Source: Craspedostauros australis (taxonomy: Eukaryota). Taken from it: a stretch of DNA of 64,000 nt. The stretch spans positions 1 through 64,000 of the forward strand of contig JALAGF010006529.1 in assembly GCA_030167865.1 (NCBI GenBank). The letters are read 5' to 3'. The position numbers and the translations under genes are program-made. This document shows, piece by piece, positions 56,031 through 64,000 of the stretch; within the stretch, counting starts at the first letter, position 1; each line of letters opens with the position of its first letter. Below the pieces are notes generated by a model, which saw only the letters and a list, made by a program, of their open reading frames with translations, made no database searches and was not told where the DNA came from.

Positions 56031-56890
56031 TCCGTCTTCGTTAAGTACATGTCGCAAAGTCTGTCCACATCATTCCGTCGTGACTCCGACGAGTGCGTCA
56101 CGAAGGAACAACAACACGCACACGCAAGATACGATGCGTTGTCTTGTCACACAAACTCGCCACGTACGAAAAACGAACCACGCTCTCCCCTGGACGTGGT
56201 AACGAAACCAGCACCCCACCTGTTTGCTTCGCTGTCATTGTGGTTGTGGTGTTGTGTTTGTGGCTGCCGGCGGTTCATTGTTATCGTGGCGTGAAGCAGA
56301 GCTGGTGCGAGAGGACTGGTGTGTTTCGGTTGTTAACGTTCCTCATTCCTGTTGTTGGGGAGGAGTTGGGTCGCTGCTGTGTTTGTCATCGTGGTTGTTC
56401 CCATCAGCCAGCTCGCCACATCACATTTGCTTCGGGGGTTGCTGGTGTTGCGTGACAGCACAGTTGCATCCATTCAGGATTCCTCCGTAGATTCACCTTT
56501 TGTTCTCCTCTGCTTAGACACTCCTGCTTCCAATCGATTTGCGGATTGTCTCCTCGACCTTCGCGCACCATCTGCTCTGCTCTGTCTCTCTCATCATCGA
56601 CACCTCTGGAGAGTAGATGGACGGGAGGTGTAACACTTCGTAACTCACAATTTCAACGAAAGCGCAGGTCTTCGTGTGGCATAATACCATACAACGCTTC
56701 GTCTGTTGGTGCATGATAAAGAGTCACACAAATACAAGAGGAGGTTTCAGGGGTTCAGTCATTCAATCATCCACTCTATCCATCCATCCATCGATCGATC
56801 GATTGATCAACTCATCCACAATTCTCGTACACATTCAACTACGAGCACAAAGAGCACCCGCTCCGTACTCACTCTTCCCATTCTGAAGTC

Positions 56891-59346
56891 ATGAAGATGC
56901 ATTTCTCCTTTGCCGCCGTTGCGGCTGCAGTCACCATGCTCGCCACTGGGTCGGATGCCTTCACCACCATGCCGGCCACAACACGGTATGTTTCCACAAG
57001 CGCCCTTAGCGACGTCGACTATAACTCGCACGAGTACGGTACCTATTAGTACACCAGCAACATTTGCACAACGACGAGCAACTCGTTTCTCAATTTGGAC
57101 GGTCATTGAGAATTCTTTTCCGCTTCTCGTCACGCAGCCAGGGCATTCGCTGCAGCCTCTTCACTTCATTTCAACGCAGCCATGCCATGCCATGCTGCAC
57201 TTGCCATGATCTCACACATACTCTTTCATCACATTTCATCCTTCAACGAATGAACGAACGAACGAACGCATGAACGAATTGCAGAAGCCCAGCACTGTCA
57301 CATCAATCATCGCAACAGCGCTTGTCGTCATCGCTCAACATTGCCACAGTGCCACCAACGACGACGGGAGATGATGCATCCACCTACAGCGCAGAAATCA
57401 CGGAGGATAACCCGCTCAGGGTCATCATCGCTGGCGCAGGAGTCGGAGGACTGGCCCTGGCCAACACGCTCTCCAAGAACCCAAAGATGGACGTGGTTGT
57501 CCTGGAGCGCACGGACCAATTCAAGCGATTCGGAGGTCCCATCCAGCTGGCCAGCAATGCTCTCAAGGTCCTGCAGGAGCTCGATCAAGAGGTCTACGAT
57601 GATATCATGAAGAAATTCACCTACACCGGAGACAAGATGAACGGCATCAAGGACGGAATCCGTACGGAATGGTACGCCAAGTTCGATCTTGCCAGCCCCG
57701 CCGAGGCACGTGGAATGCCATACACCGGCGTTATCGAACGCCCGGATCTGCAGGAGATCTACCTCAAAGCGCTGCCAACGGGCACCGTCAGGAATGGCGA
57801 CGGCGTGGCGTCCTACACGACGGATAAGAACGGATGCGTCGATGTCGAGTTGGAATCGGGAAAGAAGGTGCACGGGGATGTCCTCATCGGCGCGGACGGC
57901 ATCTGGTCCGCCGTGCGTGCCACCATGCGCGATGCTCCAGCTCGGGGAGACGAGTCGGGAGCCACGTACTCCGGATACACCGTCTTTGCGGGAGAGCTCA
58001 ACTACGATTCTCCAGACAACGGAGAGGTCGGCTACAAGGTCTACATCGGACCTGGACAGTACTTTGTGATCACGGACATCGGCAAGGGCCGATACCAATG
58101 GTACGCCTTCCTGGCGCGCCCACCCGGTTCCGTCAAGGATGAGAAGCCAGACGGATCGTCCATGTACCTGCAGGATATCTTCAAGGGATGGTCGCAGGAG
58201 ATCCATGCCATCCTCACGGTCACGCAAGAGCACGAGATCGAGCAGCGCGATCTCTACGACCGTCCGCCAAGCGTTCTGAAGCCATGGACGGATGGACACG
58301 TCGCTTTGTTGGGTGACGGAATTCACGCCATGATGCCCGTAAGTGTATGAATGGGCCGTCGGTGTTGTGCAAGCGCTCTCCTTTTGGATCAATGCTTGTC
58401 CCATCGCTTGTCGTTGGACCAGGCTGGTCCAAGCGGGGTTGAAGGAAATGGGGCGTTGTCGCATGGTCATATTGGGGTCGAGTGGAGTCGAGTGGATTCG
58501 GTCGACTCCGCAGTTCAGTCAAAGTTCCGCAAGACAATTGCACCGGCTGCCTGGCTGGCTGGTCGTTGTTCCCTCGGTGGTTCCATCTGCTCGGCATACT
58601 TTTCTTCCGTGAAACTGGATCTACAGCAGCGTATGAGGATGCGTGGAGCACAGTTGACACATGACACTCAAAATGGTCGTTCTCACGCAATCATTCGTCT
58701 TGTCCATCATTTCGAATTCCCACAACACCCTTTTGCTTCTCCCACAACGGATCGTGGCACTGCACAAACGCAAACACATGTACATGTACATACACATGCA
58801 CAAAACAACAAACAGAACTTGGGCCAAGGTGGTTGCCAGGCAATCGAGGATGCTTTCGTGCTGTCGGAAGAACTGGACATGGCGAAGTCGCGCACTGAAA
58901 TCACGCGCTTGCTGCACGAGTACCAGAACAGACGGTTGGTGCGTTCCGCCGCCGTTCAGGGATTGTCCCGTTTCGCCTCCGACATCATCATCCGAGGCTT
59001 TGACACGCCGGCCAAGGTCGTGTGGGAGGAAGGCAAGGTCCTGCCAAGATTTGAGAACTTCAACTACGCCGGCATCGTGACCAAGATCCTGCAGCCAATC
59101 CTCCCAATCTTCTTCACAGTCCAGTTCAATTTCCTGTACGATGGCTGGAAGAACCGTTACGCCATCGACCTCGTCGCTGCTTTGGGCTTCCTCGTCATCG
59201 GTGGATTCGTGCTCCTGCTTTCCCTGGGAGCGCTCGGAGAGGCTGGACTTGCGGCCGGCATCGGTATCGAGGCACTCATCGGACTCGAGGGAGCGCTCGA
59301 CTTGGAGGCGATATTGGCGGCAACTCGCGAATTCTTCACCCTGTAA
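56891..59346 (+). CDS. ZEP3: Zeaxanthin epoxidase (ZEP3 type with C-terminal TM), 3 exons, 559 aa
   Basis: Exons 56891-56985, 57285-58338 and 58816-59346, phases consistent. Presequence GSDA-F, FAD motif IAGAGVGGL, GGPIQLASNAL, GADGIWS, LLGDGIHAMMP|NLGQGGCQAIED. ZEP3 is inferred from the TM tail and linkage to VDE. Confidence 0.93.
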
Positions 59347-60168
59347 ACCCTCATCCATTCGCACCTGAAAGCGGAAATGAGAATGTACGGTACCTATAAC
59401 ATGAGTACACATCCGTGCGCACGTACGGCACGACACTGCCTGCTTCACGACGTACGGGTAGAACTGATGTATTATATGACATCGTTCAACCATAATATTA
59501 CACTAGTATATTTGCCATACTCCTATTCACTACAGGAAGTAATCGAAGAGCAGTTCGGCCACTCCTCCCAATTCTACGATCACCGTGCCACCGTTTCGTT
59601 CGCGCCATTTTTGCTTTTCCATGTTGCGATCGAAGTAGTCGATACTGTCAAGAAAACGGAAGGAACGTTGGAGCGCGGACTTGGTAGAAACCAGCCACTG
59701 CGGAGCCCCACCACCAATGACGAAGATTTCGTCGTGTTCTTGCGAGGAAGGCCAAAGCGAGAGAGAGAGGAGTGGCATCGTATCCTTGAACACAAACATC
59801 GCCAGCAGTCCTAGAAGCAGTATCAACAGCAGTACCAGCGAGAGCATCGTCTCCAGGAGGAACGCCTGGACCGAACACACACTGGAGGGGTGCCATACGA
59901 TCCATCATAAAATATTCTACATATTTGTCGAATACTTGTTCGCGCGCAAGCAATTCAACGGCCAGCCTGCCTGCCTGAACCAGTCGAAAACGGACTCACC
60001 CAACTCGGCTTCACCTCAGTTGACCCTGATTGAAGTTGCTGTCTGAAGCGGAAAGGCGACAGATCCCAAGACACTATCAAAGGCAGAGACGACGGGCACT
60101 CCAGCAGAGAACAGGACAGCTCGTCTGTCGAGAGTACTCATAGAAAGTGAGCAGGTCCAACTGCAATC

Positions 60169-63100
60169 ATGGAGAACAAATCGGGTGAGAAGGAGGAGGG
60201 CACGCCAATAGCGGCCACGAGCACGGAACAGCAGACGATGGAAGAAGCAGGAGGAGGAGGAGGCCCAGTCGCCACCAAGGAGAATGGTGCTGCTGCCGTT
60301 GCTGACAAAGATGAAGCTAACACCGACGTCGATACTCGTACCAATGCCGATGCCAAGGCTAGGGAAGCCTCTGGTGCACAAGACGAAGCAAGGGAGATCG
60401 AACAAGGAGACAGTCAACCAGACAAGGCCGCAGCCGATAATGAGCAGAAGAATGCTAACAGCAATGGTGGTGATGGAAACGCCAAATGTGATGAACAACA
60501 ACAGAAGAACACATCTCGCACATCGCATCCAGTGACTGAAACAGCTGTGGGCGACAACAGTGGACTTTCGACGCAGGAGAAGACGACGACAACGAATGAT
60601 GCACCTTCCCGGACAAATGACCAATCGACTGAGGATGGAGATAGCATTGCCAACTCCAAAGGCGCTCAGATTCTGCTCAATCGGTTCTCCAGCTTGCGCC
60701 AGAAGACGAATGAAAACGTCCAGTCTTTCTGGAAGCAGGCGCCGGTGCTGCAGGAAAACGCAAAGGCACTGTGGCAGCGAGGGCCCAAGCTCTCCAAGGC
60801 GGTGCAAGAGATCACCAAAGAGACTCTGGATAAGGCCTATGTCGGCCAACCATCCAATCAGGACCACTCCAATGACGAAGCAAATGCAACCGCCGCAGCT
60901 GATGAAGCTGTGGGCACAAACGTGTCAACATCATCATTACCATCACCAACACCACCAACAACGGAAGCAGTAACGGGGGCGGCCATTGACTCAGGTGCGA
61001 AACAAACGCCTGATGATGGTGGAGGTTTTGTGAATATGACAGCAGAACCATCATCGGGAGCGCCGGCGGCCACCGCAGCAGCAGCAGCAGAGACCACCAA
61101 AACGGTTCCTAAATTTGGTGCTGCAGCGAGCATGTTTGCTTCGAGGCTGGTTTCCATGACAACTGCAGCGACGGCAACTGCAACTGCAACGGCAACAACA
61201 GGCACAGCACCGTCATCTGGCGCATCAAGAAGAGGACATGATGCAACGCCAGACGGAGATGCAAGCACGGATGCGAACCAGGATAAAAATGCACAAGCAC
61301 ATGCAAATGCTAATGTGAACGCAAACACCAACTTGCCCAATGGCGTTGCCAAATCCATGGATTTCACAGAGAGAGCATCTAAGGCTGCAGGCGACGGTGC
61401 GACCGCAACCGAACAGGATCCAATCGAGCAGACCGATGCTGCGCAAAACGATGCGCGGCGAGCCAGGGTCGAGGAGGCAGTTAATCGTGCTGCTGTTGCG
61501 GCGAGCGTCGTGGCAGAGTCGGTGGCCACTGGATTCCGCGGCCGGTACGCTGCATCCAAGCAGGCCTCCGACCTTGATGCCGACAAGGACAAATCGGAGC
61601 AGATCGCCAAGAACAAAATAGACGAACGGGAATCACAGACTGCTCTCATCTTGAAGAGCCGCGCAGCGAAGCACATGCAAGGGATCCTTGACGCTCTCGA
61701 ACCGTACGAATTTGCCATGCTGCTGGGGAAGGGAAGGCTGGGTGTCAACTTGAAGCAGTGCTACCTCAAGAACCATGGCGTTTTCGTTGACTTCCTCGTT
61801 GCCAGAGGCCAGGCGGAGTCGTCTGGTGTCGTGAGAGCTGGAGACTTGCTCAAGAGACTCGGTGAACAAGACCTACGCAAAGGAACCATCCTGGAAATCC
61901 CGCAGCTCATCGCCAAGGGCAAGCGTCCGGTCGTGCTCATCCTCGCAACAGGAACCAAGGCTGTCTTGGACAAGATCAATTACGTGGATATTGCTGTCGC
62001 CATGATGCATCGCGCGCGCGATCTCTTCAAGGAGCGCTTTGTCCTCGGGAATCAGGGAGACTACGACAGCCAGCTCGGCTCTACCGGCTTCGTACCAGTA
62101 GACGCAAAAGCAGACGCAACAACAGACAAGGAGGGAGAACAACGATCTGCCCAAAGTGTCGAACAAGCGGTGGTTGGACTCAACGCGGTCCCCCCGTTGG
62201 TGAATGTTGCCGTACCCATGGAAAGCACAATCGATGCGTACGTTTCACCACCCATCGTTCCCACCGATTTGAAGAAGGAGCTCGTCGATGAAATGGCCCA
62301 ACGATGCAACGACGGTTTCATCGTGACCGAGCTTGTGCAGATTGCAGACCTCGACAGCAACTTCCGGGCTGCCTTGAACAATGCCTTCCTTGTGTGCGCC
62401 ATCGACCCACGCAAGCTGCCATTCCTCAAGCGCCATCTCGACTCGTCCGTTGTGGAGCTGGAGGGCGGCGGGCGAGGCAAGATGACCGCCAGCACTCAGC
62501 TGACGCTCTTCTTGGAACTCTTCGCATTCTCTGACATGCACGGCGTGACACCGAACCACCGTGTGCGTGAAATCGCCATCCACATTGCGAATACCTTCTT
62601 TCTGCCGACCAAGGTCGATGATGAGCTGCAGCCGCCCGTCTTTGACTTCCATCACATCGTCCCGGACTCTTCGTTGCGGCATTTGGAGTTCGTTCTGAGC
62701 GGGAACAGCCAGAACATTCCGCGCGATGCCTTCCTCGATTTCCAAAAAGCCATCGTGGAGTCCTTGGTGGGCATCCCCTTCCTCTCATTCCTAATGTCTG
62801 CCGAATGCGCCCGTATGCGGGGGTACTTACGCAGCACTGCGCCACACATCAACCTGCCGCTGCACTCCATCGTGCACAACTCGGATGCTCGGTCCACGGA
62901 CGCCAACGCCAAGAACTCATTCGCTTATATCCTGGTCTACCTTTTATGTCAGCTTGAGAAAGATGGCATCGGTGACAACGGTCTCTTCTCTGCCGAGGGA
63001 AATCGTCACTTCGGAGCAGCAAGCGGATTGTGCTGCGTGCTGTTCATCCGCGGCGTTCTCCTCCCAGCATTGGAAGATGCACGAAAAGCGAATTCCAAGC

Positions 63101-64000
63101 TGGCAACCAGCAAGCCAACCTCCGGTGCAAAGCAAGCAGAAACAGATGCAAACCCTTCGTCAACCAATGGCGGCAACGATGGCAACGATCAAAGCAATGG
63201 GAAAGCGCAAGTCGATGACGAGGGCATTGAGCAAACCTGGATTCATCTCAAGGACGTGTTCGAACGATTGTGGGAAGCCTTCATTTCTCCTCAAGTTGGT
63301 TCGCTCCAAATGCTCAAGGCAGCAAATGAAACAGAGACGGCGCTCAAGATTGTGCAGAAGATTCTCACCGATATATCCACAATGAACACAACCACGGGAA
63401 GCTCGCAACCAGCCAGCTCCAAAAATTCCAAGCAGGGCCAAGAGCAGGTGCCTCAAAACCTGCTCACTGCGTTGCTGGACAAGAGCCTCGAAAATGCCAT
63501 CGTGCGTCTGTCCGAGGAACTCCTGTACGACTACGCCGCGAACACGCACGTCAAGTTCAAGGAGCACAAGTTTTACGAGCTGATGTGCAGCGAGCTTTGC
63601 AAGAGGCGTGTGGTTGGTTCGACTCACGTGCACAAGCAGGAGCTGCAAACGTTCCCGCAGGGATCCATCAAGCGATTGCTCCGGAAGGTCGAGCTTCCCG
63701 TTGGGATATCCTCGCACAAGCCATCCTACGCCTTCGCGGGTGCAGGCAAAGGTGTGGGTGCGAGTGCAGGCGCAAGCGCAAGCAAGTCGATGTCAGGCAC
63801 ATCTTCTCGCAATGTTCCGGACGAGACGCAAAGGCCAAAGACTGCCGAATTCGCGATCGTCTTTGGGTCGGCCGATGCGCAGAGGCGATCCGAACTTCCA
63901 GCGATTGCAGGCATGGAGCATTCGAATGCAAGACGATTCGCTGGCCTCCAGCTTGGAGCATCCTCGGACGATGGCACAGGAGCGCTGGACAGCGCCGTCG
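60169..64000 (+). CDS. Large protein (over 1270 aa, truncated by the window end) with disordered N-terminus, PDZ-like and RGS-like domains
   Basis: Absent from the ORF track, consistent with no stop before the edge. Hand translation from ATG 60169 (MENKSGEKEE...). PDZ-like GKGRLGVNLK...GVFVDFLVARGQAESSGVVRAGDLL near 61720-61950. RGS-like LTLFLELFAF...REIAIHIANTFFLP...DAFLDFQKAIVESL..IPFLSFLMSAEC near 62410-62820. Confidence 0.8.
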   Translation, partial: MENKSGEKEEGTPIAATSTEQQTMEEAGGGGGPVATKENGAAAVADKDEANTDVDTRTNADAKAREASGAQDEAREIEQGDSQPDKAAADNEQKNANSNGGDGNAKCDEQQQKNTSRTSHPVTETAVGDNSGLSTQEKTTTTNDAPSRTNDQSTEDGDSIANSKGAQILLNRFSSLRQKTNENVQSFWKQAPVLQENAKALWQRGPKLSKAVQEITKETLDKAYVGQPSNQDHSNDEANATAAADEAVGTNVSTSSLPSPTPPTTEAVTGAAIDSGAKQTPDDGGGFVNMTAEPSSGAPAATAAAAAETTKTVPKFGAAASMFASRLVSMTTAATATATATATTGTAPSSGASRRGHDATPDGDASTDANQDKNAQAHANANVNANTNLPNGVAKSMDFTERASKAAGDGATATEQDPIEQTDAAQNDARRARVEEAVNRAAVAASVVAESVATGFRGRYAASKQASDLDADKDKSEQIAKNKIDERESQTALILKSRAAKHMQGILDALEPYEFAMLLGKGRLGVNLKQCYLKNHGVFVDFLVARGQAESSGVVRAGDLLKRLGEQDLRKGTILEIPQLIAKGKRPVVLILATGTKAVLDKINYVDIAVAMMHRARDLFKERFVLGNQGDYDSQLGSTGFVPVDAKADATTDKEGEQRSAQSVEQAVVGLNAVPPLVNVAVPMESTIDAYVSPPIVPTDLKKELVDEMAQRCNDGFIVTELVQIADLDSNFRAALNNAFLVCAIDPRKLPFLKRHLDSSVVELEGGGRGKMTASTQLTLFLELFAFSDMHGVTPNHRVREIAIHIANTFFLPTKVDDELQPPVFDFHHIVPDSSLRHLEFVLSGNSQNIPRDAFLDFQKAIVESLVGIPFLSFLMSAECARMRGYLRSTAPHINLPLHSIVHNSDARSTDANAKNSFAYILVYLLCQLEKDGIGDNGLFSAEGNRHFGAASGLCCVLFIRGVLLPALEDARKANSKLATSKPTSGAKQAETDANPSSTNGGNDGNDQSNGKAQVDDEGIEQTWIHLKDVFERLWEAFISPQVGSLQMLKAANETETALKIVQKILTDISTMNTTTGSSQPASSKNSKQGQEQVPQNLLTALLDKSLENAIVRLSEELLYDYAANTHVKFKEHKFYELMCSELCKRRVVGSTHVHKQELQTFPQGSIKRLLRKVELPVGISSHKPSYAFAGAGKGVGASAGASASKSMSGTSSRNVPDETQRPKTAEFAIVFGSADAQRRSELPAIAGMEHSNARRFAGLQLGASSDDGTGALDSAV

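Noticed and set aside
1..64000. tRNA, rRNA, CRISPR arrays, telomeric repeats and prokaryotic operon signals
   Set aside because: None recognised by eye; tRNAscan-SE and Infernal would be needed to exclude them formally.

Overview
Eukaryotic nuclear DNA, almost certainly a diatom. The evidence is GT-AG introns, bipartite signal + 'ASAF'-type plastid presequences, and a head-to-head VDE/ZEP3 pair. The left edge holds degenerate non-LTR retrotransposon fragments and an N-gap. About 23 protein genes follow: MutS2, two divergent Nudix paralogues, CcdA, class II aldolase, V-ATPase subunit c, a two-RRM SR protein, a pepsin-like protease, VAP, an alpha/beta hydrolase, cullin-4, an XRN exoribonuclease, VKOR, eEF1B-gamma, NTF2, fibrillarin, VDE, ZEP3, several hypothetical proteins, and a PDZ/RGS-like protein that runs off the right edge. 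Exon structures were rebuilt by hand from splice signals and frame. The most unusual observation is an XRN-family 5'->3' exoribonuclease with intact catalytic motifs carrying a complete plastid-targeting presequence, in the same window as plastid-type MutS2 and Nudix genes. Other notable points are an aldolase with a tail-anchor-like C-terminus, a protease with a thylakoid Tat signal, a VAP ending in TDEL, TGACGTCA palindromes in several promoters, and candidate intronic RNAs and alternative exons. All family assignments come from motif recognition by eye; no searches were run.
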